Source: a bacterium
Lineage (GTDB): Bacteria; UBA8248
Direction: 5' to 3'
DNA length: 64,000 nucleotides
Assembly (NCBI GenBank): GCA_963692865.2
Contig: OY843592.1
Span: 1,728,001-1,792,000 of the forward strand
The notes below the pieces were generated by a model. That model worked only from the letters and a program-made list of their open reading frames with translations, was not told where the DNA came from and ran no database searches. The position numbers and the translations under genes are program-made. Positions 36,897-46,546 of this stretch are shown here, piece by piece (position 1 is the stretch's first letter; every line of letters starts with the position of its first letter).

Positions 36897-37197
36897 AAAT
36901 CGTCTCGGTGGACTGAAGGATGGCTTCGCGGCGGAGGTGGTTTCGGCTTTGTTCGACACCCGCGCGTTCGACGAGGTCGACCTCGCGTCCGAAAATCGCC
37001 TTGAGCTCCTCCTCCATGCGAACCATGTCGAAGAGCGTGTGGCGCGCGCCGTCTTCGAAGCTGACGAGGAGGTCGACGTCGCTCTCGGGCCCGAAGTCCC
37101 CGCGCAGCGCGGGGCCGAAGACGGCGAGTCGCGTGACCTGCCAGCGTTCGCAAAAGGCGGTGATATCCTCGCGCGATGCTTCGACGTTCAGACGCAT
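36886..37197 (-). CDS. MntA-type nucleotidyltransferase antitoxin (GS motif changed to GP)
   Basis: FGPALRGDFGPESDVDLLV, L..IFGR.VDLV, N..RR..IL. Confidence 0.8.
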   Translation of the reverse strand: MRLNVEASREDITAFCERWQVTRLAVFGPALRGDFGPESDVDLLVSFEDGARHTLFDMVRMEEELKAIFGREVDLVERAGVEQSRNHLRREAILQSTETIYAA

Positions 37198-37300
37198 GGC
37201 GCGGCTCCTTAAGGCCAATCCTTAGCCTTGAATATCGAGCGACGCGGTCATTTTCTCATAATCCACGCGATGCGTCTCGCCCTGTCGGAGGAGCCTGCAC

Positions 37301-37545
37301 GGGGCTGTTGAAAAACCCCTCCTCGCTCGCAATCGGCCAGCGTCGTCATTCCGGCGAATGCCGGAATCCAGAGCCGAGGAAAATGGCGACGTTCCGGTTT
37401 TTTATCCTCCGCTCATTGGCGGGAATACAGAAGAAATAAAAAAACAAAGGTAAAGTCCCTGGATTCCGGCATTCGCCGGAATGACGATCAAAAGCGCATT
37501 CGCATCATGCAGCATGGAGGGACAGACCCCCGTGCCTGTCCTTAT
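37301..37545. repeat. Mosaic repeat cluster (E start, A doublet 37344-37486, B remnant)
   Basis: The A doublet is an inverted homolog of 14770-14912 and 11669-11807. Confidence 0.88.
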
Positions 37546-37574
37546 GTACCTCCCGGTTGGCTCCATACGCTGAA

Positions 37575-38030
37575 TCACAAAATCAGGGCTTTATCAAGGG
37601 CCTTCGGTCGCTCCCAGTCGGCGGCGCCGCCGGGTACGACGCGAAAGAGGGGATGGGGCTCGGGAGAGGGCGCCGCCGCGAATTTCTCGTGCAGCTCGGG
37701 CGCGCGGGTTTCCAGTTTTTTCATCAGGCGCCGCCATTCGAAGTCGAGCTGGCCGCTCGTTACGTCCAATCGCTTGGAGGTGCGGCTGCGGCCTATCTTG
37801 CCTTTATCGAAGCGGTAGCCCCGATTTACGGATTCCGCGTGCACGGCTCTCAGGTATTCGGCGATGAGGGCGGCGGGCCTGCCGCCTGCGCGGAAACGCT
37901 CCAGTTGGGGGTGGTTTCGGTAGCCCTTCGTCTCGCCCGCCAGAACCGCCTGGGCGAGCAGGGCTTCTCTCCACAGGGCGACGAGGCCCCTGGCGTCCAG
38001 ATATTCGGGATGAAGACTCCACAAGCGCAT
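37575..38030 (-). CDS. Pyrimidine dimer DNA glycosylase/endonuclease V-like protein
   Basis: MRLWSLHP.YLD..GLVALWRE.LLAQ.VL.G.T.GY.NHPQL.RF. Confidence 0.88.
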   Translation of the reverse strand: MRLWSLHPEYLDARGLVALWREALLAQAVLAGETKGYRNHPQLERFRAGGRPAALIAEYLRAVHAESVNRGYRFDKGKIGRSRTSKRLDVTSGQLDFEWRRLMKKLETRAPELHEKFAAAPSPEPHPLFRVVPGGAADWERPKALDKALIL

Positions 38031-38082
38031 CTTCCATCATCCGATGGCGGCCGGATTCGGGAGGGTTTCGGGTGTTCCTCGT

Positions 38083-38913
38083 CTACTTTTTCTTTCTCGG
38101 CCTTCCGTTGATGAAGGCTTCGCGCACGTAGCGGACGACCGACCAGATATCCTTGTCCTTCAGAAGGTGGCCGTAGGATTTCATGAAGTCGAACTTCTTC
38201 ATCTCACTGGCGTCGATGCGGCCGAGTTTGATGACCCAGAAGAGAAACCCGTCGCCGAAGCGCGCCATCTGTTCTTTCAAATGATAGTTCATCGGCGGCG
38301 GCTGGATGTGGCTGATGAACGGCTTCCCGGGGTCCTGATCCTCCACGGGGCGGACTCCGTTGCCGATACCCTTTTCGCCGTGGCACTGGGAGCAGGCGTC
38401 GATGAACATTTTCCTGCTCTCCTCATCTTTCGGTTGATTGCCTTTGCTGAAGCCGCGCACCCATTTGATGAGCTTCCTTATCTGCGCGTCTTCGAGCGCC
38501 TCGCCGAAGGAGGGCATGGCGGTGGGGACGCCGTTTTTTATCTGGTGGCCCCTGGTCCGGTTTTTCAGGACGTTCATCTTGCCGAACTTCACGACGGTGA
38601 ACATGTAGTCGTCCGTCATGCGCTTCATGTAGGGGCTGATGAAGACTTGCGGCCTCGGTCTCACCGTCCGCCAGATCGGCCCCTTGCCGTCGCCCTTCAC
38701 CCCGTGGCAGGAGAAGCAGATCTCCTCATATATCTTCTTGCCCCGCCGGTAGTCCCCGCCGTTTCGCTTCGCCGTCTCGGGATTGGGAGGGATTCTCTTC
38801 GCCGCGCGGGAGGCGGCGGGCGCCGCGAGGCATAACGACAGCGCCAGAGCGGTCCACAAACTCCCTTTTTCCAAAAATCTCATTCTTTCGTCCTTCGTCG
38901 TCTTTGCCATCAA
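38083..38913 (-). CDS. Diheme cytochrome c
   Basis: Signal peptide; CFSCHG..GDG.G and CSQCHG..G.GNG; AMPSF and MKSY axial Met candidates; start may be 38883. Confidence 0.85.
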   Translation of the reverse strand: MMAKTTKDERMRFLEKGSLWTALALSLCLAAPAASRAAKRIPPNPETAKRNGGDYRRGKKIYEEICFSCHGVKGDGKGPIWRTVRPRPQVFISPYMKRMTDDYMFTVVKFGKMNVLKNRTRGHQIKNGVPTAMPSFGEALEDAQIRKLIKWVRGFSKGNQPKDEESRKMFIDACSQCHGEKGIGNGVRPVEDQDPGKPFISHIQPPPMNYHLKEQMARFGDGFLFWVIKLGRIDASEMKKFDFMKSYGHLLKDKDIWSVVRYVREAFINGRPRKKK

Positions 38914-39231
38914 TGCGGCGCACGGGCGCGCTCTTCGCTCTCCGTCCGGGTCGGGACGCCGGATCCTGAGCGGGAGCGCGCCGGATGCTCACCCGATTTT
39001 GCCGGTTCCGCCTCCGCTATCTCCCGGCGCATGGGTTCGCCGCCCCGGCGGGAAGCGGCGCCCAGGCCGAGGCTGTCAGGAGCGCGCCGAACAAGACGAA
39101 CCCCGAATTTCTCGGCATGGCTCTTCCTCCCTCGGGGAAATGGGTTCGACGCGGCAACGGGAAGGGGACTGACGTCATGGATTCTGCCTCGTGAGGCGGC
39201 GGCGCTGAAGGCATTATATCAGAGTCGGGGC

Positions 39232-39654
39232 TTAGGGGAGCAGCCGCATCCCCAGAACGGCGACGAACAGGGCGAGAAACACGGCGAGAAAGCCGCAGTA
39301 GGAGTGAATCTGCCTTAGATCATCCCTGCCCGGATTTTTCCTGAGCCTCCGGCCCAGCCAGGCCGTCGTCCAGAACAGACCCAGCGCCAGGGTGGCGAAA
39401 TAGCCGTGCGCCGTCTCGTAGAGGGGGCCTTCCAGGGCGAAGCGCATGCCCCCCAGTCCCAGTGCGTAGCCCACCGAGAAAAGAGCAACAAACCACCGCC
39501 CGAGCCGCATGTGCAGGCGGGCGACCCGCGCCGTCTCGGGCCCGGCGCCCCCCTTGCGCGAGCGCCTCACGCGCAGGCCGTTCGCCAGCGTGATCAGGCC
39601 GAGCGATAGCGTGGCGACCTGAAAGGCCGGGTGAACGTAAGCCCAATAATTCAT
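39232..39654 (-). CDS. DUF4079-like membrane protein (His-rich, cytochrome b-like)
   Basis: Four TM segments with HP, H..LG, H.Y and IH histidines. Confidence 0.65.
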   Translation of the reverse strand: MNYWAYVHPAFQVATLSLGLITLANGLRVRRSRKGGAGPETARVARLHMRLGRWFVALFSVGYALGLGGMRFALEGPLYETAHGYFATLALGLFWTTAWLGRRLRKNPGRDDLRQIHSYCGFLAVFLALFVAVLGMRLLP

Positions 39655-39802
39655 GCGATCTGCTCCGTAGGGGTTCGAGAAACCGCGCGTTTATCTCCCT
39701 CCCTGTTTACCTTGCCCGATGGGCGGACGCAAAGCTATAGTAGCCGAAACGAGAACCCGGTCCATCGGCCCGCAGTCCCTTGAGTGTCAGAGCGAGGGAA
39801 TC

Positions 39803-40597
39803 ATGAACCTGGAAGACCTGCGCGCCATCGCGCGCGGCAGCAGAGTGTTCGATCTGGGCGTCGAGTTGTTCCCCGGTATGCCCCACGTGCCGCTCCACGG
39901 CCCCTTCGGGTATTCCATGATCAGGGAACACGGCGACTTCATGTACGCGGGCGGCGCGTGCTCGGCGGTGGATACGTTCTTCTGCACCGGCCACACCGGC
40001 ACGCACATCGACGCCCTGGGCCACGTCGCGCGGGACATGAAGCTCCACGGCGGCCTGAACGCCGCCGAGCATCAGAGCAAGACCGGGGGACTCAAGGCCC
40101 ACGGTATCGAGAGCGTGGCGCCCGTCGTGCGGCGCGGCGTGATGATCGACGTGGCGGCATATCTCAAAAAAGACGTGCTGGAGGCGGGTCGGCCCATTAC
40201 GAAAGATGAACTGGGAGCCGCCGCCGCAGCCCAGGGGGTGCGGGTGGAGGAGGGCGACGTCGTCCTCGTGCGCACGGGCCACATGCGCCACTGGCCGGGC
40301 CGTAACTACTATCACCAGAAAGGCGGCGTGCCCGGTATCGACATGGACGCCGCCAGGTGGCTCTCCGATCAAGGCATCTTCATGGCGGGGAGCGACAACT
40401 TCGCGGTCGAGGTGCTGCCCGCCCCCTCCCTGCCCGTCCACTGCCACATGCTGGTGGACAGCGGCATCCACCTGCTCGAAGTCGCCGTGCTCGAGGAGTT
40501 GAGCAAGGCGCGCGCTCATGAATTTCTCTTCGTCTGCCTGCCGCTCAAGGTGCGCGGCGGCACGGGTTCGCCCGTCCGTCCCGTGGCCATCCTGTAG
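39803..40597 (+). CDS. Cyclase family (kynurenine formamidase-like) metal hydrolase
   Basis: HTGTHIDALGH, GDVVLVRTG, PL...GGTGSPVRP.A. Confidence 0.9.
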   Translation: MNLEDLRAIARGSRVFDLGVELFPGMPHVPLHGPFGYSMIREHGDFMYAGGACSAVDTFFCTGHTGTHIDALGHVARDMKLHGGLNAAEHQSKTGGLKAHGIESVAPVVRRGVMIDVAAYLKKDVLEAGRPITKDELGAAAAAQGVRVEEGDVVLVRTGHMRHWPGRNYYHQKGGVPGIDMDAARWLSDQGIFMAGSDNFAVEVLPAPSLPVHCHMLVDSGIHLLEVAVLEELSKARAHEFLFVCLPLKVRGGTGSPVRPVAIL

Positions 40598-40628
40598 GCG
40601 CACTCCTTCCGTTTCCGGTGAGATAGCC

Positions 40629-41876
40629 ATGCCCCGCATGTTCGAGGACAGGGCCAAAGCGCTTCTGGATGGTGCAGGCGTGCGCGTCCCCAGGGGCCGC
40701 TCCGTGACGACGCCCGCGGAGGCGGCGGAGGCGGCGCGCGCCATCGGCGGCCCCGTGATGGTGAAGGCCCTCGTTCCCGCCGGAAAGCGCGGCAAGGCGG
40801 GAGCGATTCTCGCAGCGGATACGCCGGATGAGGCGGAAGACGCGGCCAAGAAACTCCTGGGCCGCACCGTGCACCATTTCCCCGTGAAACGCCTGCTGGT
40901 GGAGGAGCGAGTCTCGATAGCGCAGGAGTGGTACCTCTCGGTCGCTTTTGATAGCGCCTCACGCGGGCCGCTCGTGATGTTCAGCGCCGAGGGCGGCGTG
41001 GAGATCGAGGCGCTTCTGGAGGATAACCCGGACGCGCTCAAGCGGCTCGAAGTCGATATTCTGGAGGGACTCAGCGAGGAGCGGTGCGTTTCCTTCCTGC
41101 GCGCCCTAGGCGTTCACGGGGAGGGGCTTTACCGCGCGGCCCTGGCACTTGAAGCCTGCTACGCGCTTTTTCGCCGGAGCGAGGCGCGGCTCCTGGAGGT
41201 CAATCCCCTCGTTCTGACCGATACGGATGAGGTCATCGCCGCCGCGTGTGTTCTCGACCTGGACGCGGACGCCCTGTTCCGCCACGAGGAACTCAAGGAA
41301 CTGCTCGATGAGGACTCGCACGGCGGCTGGCGTCCGCCCACCCCCGTCGAGGCGCGGGTGGCGGAGATAGACGCGAGAATCCCGCCGTACAACACGGCGC
41401 GCTTCACGGAAATCGAGGACGGGGAGATCGCCCTCATGTGGAGCGGGGGAGGGGGCGGCCTGTACCTGCTGGACACGATGGCGCGGCTGGGCGGCAGGCC
41501 CGCCACGGCGTTCGACATCACGCCGGGGCCGCTGGAGGAGAAGTATTTCGAGATCACGAAAGAGATTCTCGCGATGCCGGACGTGAAGGGCGCGCTCGCG
41601 GGCAGCAACATCACGAGCTTCTCGCGCGTCCAGCTGAAAGTCCGCGCCATCGCCCGCGCCGTGAAGGAGACGGGGGTCGACCTCGCGAAATTCCCCTTCA
41701 TCGCGCGATTCGCGGGCGCGGGCGGGGAGGAGGCCAGAGAAATCGCCGCAGACTGTCCGGGCCTTCAGTACCTGGGGGATGAGGTGACGCTCGAAGAAGC
41801 GGCCGAGCGCATCATCGCGCAGGTGGAGGCCGTCAAGCGCGGGGAGTCTTGGACGAGCGCGGGAGGCGCAAGTTGA
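40629..41876 (+). CDS. Succinate-CoA ligase beta-like ATP-grasp subunit
   Basis: E..AK.LL...G, VKA.V..G.RGKAG, E.YLS...D, EGGVEIE, LEVNPL, D.DALFRH. Confidence 0.85.
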   Translation: MPRMFEDRAKALLDGAGVRVPRGRSVTTPAEAAEAARAIGGPVMVKALVPAGKRGKAGAILAADTPDEAEDAAKKLLGRTVHHFPVKRLLVEERVSIAQEWYLSVAFDSASRGPLVMFSAEGGVEIEALLEDNPDALKRLEVDILEGLSEERCVSFLRALGVHGEGLYRAALALEACYALFRRSEARLLEVNPLVLTDTDEVIAAACVLDLDADALFRHEELKELLDEDSHGGWRPPTPVEARVAEIDARIPPYNTARFTEIEDGEIALMWSGGGGGLYLLDTMARLGGRPATAFDITPGPLEEKYFEITKEILAMPDVKGALAGSNITSFSRVQLKVRAIARAVKETGVDLAKFPFIARFAGAGGEEAREIAADCPGLQYLGDEVTLEEAAERIIAQVEAVKRGESWTSAGGAS

Positions 41877-42775
41877 GCATTCTCGTCGATGAGGCCACGC
41901 GCGTCGTCGTGGCGGGGATCACCGGCTGGCAGGCGCGCGCCCACACCGGCTTCATGCGGGCGTACGGCACCCGCGTGGTGGCGGGCGTTGTGCCCGGACG
42001 CGCGGGCGAGGATTGCGACGGCGCGCCCGTCTACGACTCGTTCGCCTCAGCCCTGGAAGCGCACCCGGCGGACGCCGCCGTCCTGTTCGTGCCGGCCGCC
42101 GCCGCGGCGGAATCGGCCATCGAGGCGGCGGAAGCGGGGGTCGGCCTGATCCTCGTATGCGCCGAGGGCGTGCCGCAGCACGACGTGGCGCGGATGATCG
42201 CCCATGCGCGGCGCGCGGGGGTGCGGCTCGTGGGCCCCAACAGCCAGGGGATCATCAGCCCCGGACGCGCCAAGATGGGCGGCACGGGAGGCGACCTGCC
42301 CGTAACGGACCTCCTGTTCCGGCGCGGGCCGGTGGGCGTGCTGAGCAGGAGCGGGGGGATGGGCAGCGAGACCTGCTGGCTCCTGACGCGCGAGGGCATC
42401 GGCCAGAGCACCTACGTGAGCGTCGGTGGAGACGCGATGGTGGGCGCGCCTTTCTCGGAACTCATGCCACTGTTCGAGGAAGATCCTGAGACGGAGTGCG
42501 TCGTCCTGTTCGGCGAGCCCGGCTCGTGCGCGGAGGAGGACGCGGCGCGCATGATAGGCGAGGGCGGCTTCACCAAGCCGGTGGTCGCCTTCATCGCGGG
42601 GATGGTGAACGAGTCCGCCCCGCGCGGTGCGAGCTTCGGCCACGCGGCGGCCATCATCGAGCGCGGCGAGGGTTCTCCCGCGCGGAAAAAGGCGCTGTTG
42701 CGAGAGGCGGGCGCCGTCGTGGTGGAGGACATGCGCGAGATTCCCGCCGCCGTGCGCGACGCCTTGGGCGGGTAG
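41873..42775 (+). CDS. Succinate-CoA ligase alpha-like subunit
   Basis: SILVD..TRV...GITG, EGVP.HD, GPN..G, SRSG, GE.G, FGHA phospho-His. Confidence 0.88.
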   Translation: MSILVDEATRVVVAGITGWQARAHTGFMRAYGTRVVAGVVPGRAGEDCDGAPVYDSFASALEAHPADAAVLFVPAAAAAESAIEAAEAGVGLILVCAEGVPQHDVARMIAHARRAGVRLVGPNSQGIISPGRAKMGGTGGDLPVTDLLFRRGPVGVLSRSGGMGSETCWLLTREGIGQSTYVSVGGDAMVGAPFSELMPLFEEDPETECVVLFGEPGSCAEEDAARMIGEGGFTKPVVAFIAGMVNESAPRGASFGHAAAIIERGEGSPARKKALLREAGAVVVEDMREIPAAVRDALGG

Positions 42776-42903
42776 ATTTTCCCGCCCTTAGCTGGTAAGC
42801 CTATGCGGGATTCCCTGAAAACACCGAAACTGGCGGCTCCCGTTTCTACAAGAATTGGTAATATAAAGAATCAAAAGGGAAGGATGTAATCACTCCCCAT
42901 CAA

Positions 42904-43115
42904 GGGGCTGTTGATAAACTCTGCAATACCGGGATGACGGCTGCGGGATTCCGCTTTGCCGGAGGGAGTGTAGGGGCCGCATATATGCGGCCCTTGGCGG
43001 GCGGCAAAAAAGGCCGGGTCGCATATATGCGACCCCTACAACAGAAACGGTAATAACGCCGGAATGTCGGTGGGGGATGAACTCCGAGCGAGAAGTGGCT
43101 TTTTCAACGATCCCC
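42904..43115. mobile_element. Family-E MITE-like cassette with TCAA duplication, inserted in a C-type hairpin
   Basis: CACTCCCCA-TCAA|GGGGCTGTTGATAAA ... TTTTTCAACGATCCCC|TCAA-GGGGGAGTG. Confidence 0.78.
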
Positions 43116-43219
43116 TCAAGGGGGAGTGAGAAAAACCCGAGTCCTGACGGCTAGAATGCCGAGGCGGAAGAGGCGGCCTTGGCGATACATTTTTTGAATT
43201 TGATAAGGAGAAACACAGA

Positions 43220-44899
43220 ATGCCGAAAATGACAGGCGCCCAGGTCATGGCCGAGATGCTCAAGGGCTATGGCGTTACGCACACTTTTCTGGTTCCCGCC
43301 GTCCTGAGGCGCTCGATGGCCGAGATGGAAGAGCGCACGAACATCGCCCGCATCCAGACGCACGGCGAGAAGTCCGCCGCCTACATGGCGGACGGCTACG
43401 CCCGCGCGGGCAAGAAGCCGGGCGTCTGCATGGCGCAGGTCATCGGCGCGCTGAACCTGGCGGCGGGCCTGCGGGACGCCTATCTGGCGAAAGCCCCCGT
43501 CCTGGCCTTCACGGGGGGGCGCGTGCCGCAGACCAAGTTCCGCAAGGTCTACCAGGAGGTGGACGACGTGCCCGCCTTTGAACCCGTTACGAAGTTCAAC
43601 GCCACGGTGGACGACGCCTCGCGCTTCCCGGACATGCTCCGCCAGGCCTTCCGCGTAGCAATGTCCGGTTGTCCGGGGCCGGTGCACCTCCAGTTCGCGG
43701 GCAACGAGGGCCAGCTCGACATCGAAGAGGCCGAGATGGAGGTGATCATCGAGGAGGACTTCAAGGAGCTTCCCCCCTACCGGCCCGAACCCGAGCCGGC
43801 GCGCGTAAAAAAAGCGGTCGAACTTCTCGAAAAAGCGGAGCGCCCCGTGATCGTATCGGGCGGCGGCGTTCGCTCTTCGGGCGCTTCCAAAGAACTCATC
43901 GCCCTGGCCGAGAAGCTGAACATCCCGGTGGCGACGTCGCTGAACGGCAAGGACAACATTCCGGGCAACCACCCGCTCTCGGTCGGCGTGGTGGGCACCT
44001 ATTCGAGAATGAGCGCGAACCGGGTCGTGAACGCGGCCGACCTCGTTTTCTTCGTCGGCACCGAGACGGGCGGCATGACGACGCACTTCTGGGCCGTGCC
44101 TCCTATCGGCACGCCCGCGATTCAACTCGACATCGACCCGGAAGCCCTCGCGCGCAACTACCCCTTGCAGGCCGCCGTTCTGGGCGACGCCAGGGTGAGC
44201 CTGCAGAAAATGGTCGGTGCGGCGAGCGGGGAATCCGCCGCCTCGCGCGCGGGCTGGGTGGAGCGCGCCCAGGGCTACGTGCAGGGTTGGCGCGATGAGT
44301 TCACCGGGTATCTGGAGTCTGACGCCGCCCCGATGCGCCCCGAACGCATCTGCCAGGAGCTGACGGATTCCCTGCCGTCCGACTGCGTCGTGCTGGCCGA
44401 TACGGGCCACTCGGGCATGTGGATGGGCGGCATGTACGACCTCTCGCACCCGGATCAGAGCTATATGCGCAGCGCGGGCCACCTGGGCTGGGCCTTCTCG
44501 GCGGGCCTCGGGGCGAAGTGCGCCGTGCCGGACAGGCCGGTGCTCACCTTCAACGGCGATTCGGGCTTCTGGTACCATCTTTCGGAGATCGAGACCGCCG
44601 TACGCTGGAAGATAAACGCGGTGACGTTGGTGAACAACAACGCCTCGGGGAATCAATCGAAGCGCGGCTTCGACCGCGCCTACGGCGGCGAGCAGACCGA
44701 GCAGGCCCATGAACTCTGGAAGCTGAACGAGGTGAATTTCGCCGAGATCGCCGAGTCCATGGGCGCGCTGGGCATCCGGGTGGAGAAACCGGGCGAGCTC
44801 AAGAGCGCGCTCGACCGGGCCTTCAGCGCGAACCGGCCCGTCGTCATCGACTGCGTGAGCGATATCGAGGCCATGGCGCCCTTGGCCGTTACGGAGTAG
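43220..44899 (+). CDS. Thiamine pyrophosphate-binding protein (ALS-like)
   Basis: E.SAAYMADGYAR, PGPVHL, GDSGF..NN TPP motif. Confidence 0.92.
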   Translation: MPKMTGAQVMAEMLKGYGVTHTFLVPAVLRRSMAEMEERTNIARIQTHGEKSAAYMADGYARAGKKPGVCMAQVIGALNLAAGLRDAYLAKAPVLAFTGGRVPQTKFRKVYQEVDDVPAFEPVTKFNATVDDASRFPDMLRQAFRVAMSGCPGPVHLQFAGNEGQLDIEEAEMEVIIEEDFKELPPYRPEPEPARVKKAVELLEKAERPVIVSGGGVRSSGASKELIALAEKLNIPVATSLNGKDNIPGNHPLSVGVVGTYSRMSANRVVNAADLVFFVGTETGGMTTHFWAVPPIGTPAIQLDIDPEALARNYPLQAAVLGDARVSLQKMVGAASGESAASRAGWVERAQGYVQGWRDEFTGYLESDAAPMRPERICQELTDSLPSDCVVLADTGHSGMWMGGMYDLSHPDQSYMRSAGHLGWAFSAGLGAKCAVPDRPVLTFNGDSGFWYHLSEIETAVRWKINAVTLVNNNASGNQSKRGFDRAYGGEQTEQAHELWKLNEVNFAEIAESMGALGIRVEKPGELKSALDRAFSANRPVVIDCVSDIEAMAPLAVTE

Positions 44900-44914
44900 G
44901 GAGGCGCGGCGGTT

Positions 44915-45530
44915 TTGCAGGTCAGGCATATATGTCCGACCTGCATATGGGGTTGTTAGACAAGTCCCGGAAATCGACTTTGGGTTGTGCGCATGCTTTT
45001 GAATTTAACTCCCCCCTTGAGGGGGAGTAAGTGAGCTAAGGGCGCAAGCCCGCAAGCGAACTGGTGGGGGGAGCTTTTTTTCTGTGGTATGTCCCCCCAC
45101 CAAATCGGCCTTCGCCCAAGGGCTCGGGCCTCTTCGTCGGGCTTTCCCCTCGGGAAGCCAGACCCTCAAAGGGGGAGTAATTCCCACCTTCGAATATCTT
45201 CACCGTCATTCCGGCGAAGGCCGGAATCCAGAGCCGATTGGGATCAAGATGCTCCGGCTTTTCATGTTCTCACCGCTCGTATGGGAAAAAGCGAAGAGTA
45301 AAGACGAAAAGACAAAGTCCCTGGATTCCGGCATGCGCCGGAATGACGAGCAAAACCGCATTCACCCGTAAGGGCGTCGAACTTCCCTCCTCGGGAAGTT
45401 CGACTGTAGCCGCCCGTATCGGATATGTCGATTTCCGTGGTTGCGCTTCGCAGGGACAGGCACGGGGGCCTGTCCCTACAAACCCTCTACTTGCAAGGCC
45501 CTATGCGGGGGTTTTCAACAACCCCCCCAA
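44915..45530. repeat. Large mosaic cassette (E, C unit 45008-45180, A doublet 45204-45348, B, E)
   Basis: All motifs directly visible; located between convergent genes. Confidence 0.88.
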
Positions 45531-45548
45531 GGGAGATTTCAGAGGTTT

Positions 45549-46421
45549 TCAGACCGTCCGGGAGGCGCTCCGCTCGCTGATTGAAGAAATCTTCCTCTTA
45601 AGAAACTCGCGCGTCACTTGGATGAACGCTTCCGGTTCGTCCATGAAGACGTGGTGGTGCGCGCCGGGGATGACGGCGGTTTCCACCTGGGGTACCTTCT
45701 CGCGCACCCATTCGAGAGAGTCCGATTTCAGGCGGTCCGATAGTTCGCCCGCCACGAGCAGGGTGGGGACTTCGACCCGCTGCCAGCCCGCGCGCTGATC
45801 CGTCTCCGGGCGGGTGGCGTGGAACCGCCTGTCCGCCTTGACCGTCCAGGCGCCGTCGCCGTTTCGCCTGACGGCGTGGCGCGCGACGTGGGCGATGGTC
45901 GCCGGATTCACCTTGTCCGACGCGGGCAGGAGCCTGAATTTCTCCACGAACAGCTCCCGCGACGCCCAGGGCCTTGCGGGGCGGTTCCCGAAGGCGCGCA
46001 CCTCGGCGAGGATCGCGTCCGTCGTCTTAAGGGGCGAATCCACGACGATGAGGCCCTCGATATCCGGCGGCTCCAGCGCGAAGAGGTTGAGCGCGATGAC
46101 GCCGCCCATCGAGTGGGCCAGAACCCAGGGTTTCCTCCCGCTCGCCGCCTTCGCCCATTCCACCCAGGCGGCCACGTCGCGCAGCAGGTCCTCGAAAATG
46201 TATTCATCCTGCCATCCGGTGTCCCCGTGGCCGCGGTGATCCGTCGCCACGGGCCGGAGAATGTCCCGGTAGCGGGGGGCGATGTGATCCCACCAGCGCG
46301 CGTGGGCCGCAGCGCCGTGCAGCAAGAGGATGATTGGCTTGTCCTCCCCCTCGCTCCCGTGGTCGAGGGCGTGAAGCCGCACGCCGTCTCTTTCGATGAA
46401 AACGCTCTTCGGTTCCGACAT
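45549..46421 (-). CDS. Alpha/beta hydrolase
   Basis: LLHG, D.RGHG, AHSMGG nucleophile elbow, GA.HH. Confidence 0.9.
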   Translation of the reverse strand: MSEPKSVFIERDGVRLHALDHGSEGEDKPIILLLHGAAAHARWWDHIAPRYRDILRPVATDHRGHGDTGWQDEYIFEDLLRDVAAWVEWAKAASGRKPWVLAHSMGGVIALNLFALEPPDIEGLIVVDSPLKTTDAILAEVRAFGNRPARPWASRELFVEKFRLLPASDKVNPATIAHVARHAVRRNGDGAWTVKADRRFHATRPETDQRAGWQRVEVPTLLVAGELSDRLKSDSLEWVREKVPQVETAVIPGAHHHVFMDEPEAFIQVTREFLKRKISSISERSASRTV

Positions 46422-46546
46422 TCGGGTTGACTCCAGGTTCGATGAGGCCGCCAAAGAATTTCGGGGGAGAATCCACCATCAGCGCGAGGATGGCAAGCCC
46501 GATCGGTTTTGCCTGCGGTTTCAGGATGACGCCGCGCAGGCGCGCT

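Noticed and set aside
43151-44929. Long antisense ORFs (e.g. 592 aa here, 585 aa at 48501-50258)
   Set aside because: Shadow frames of GC-rich genes that have clear family motifs on the opposite strand.
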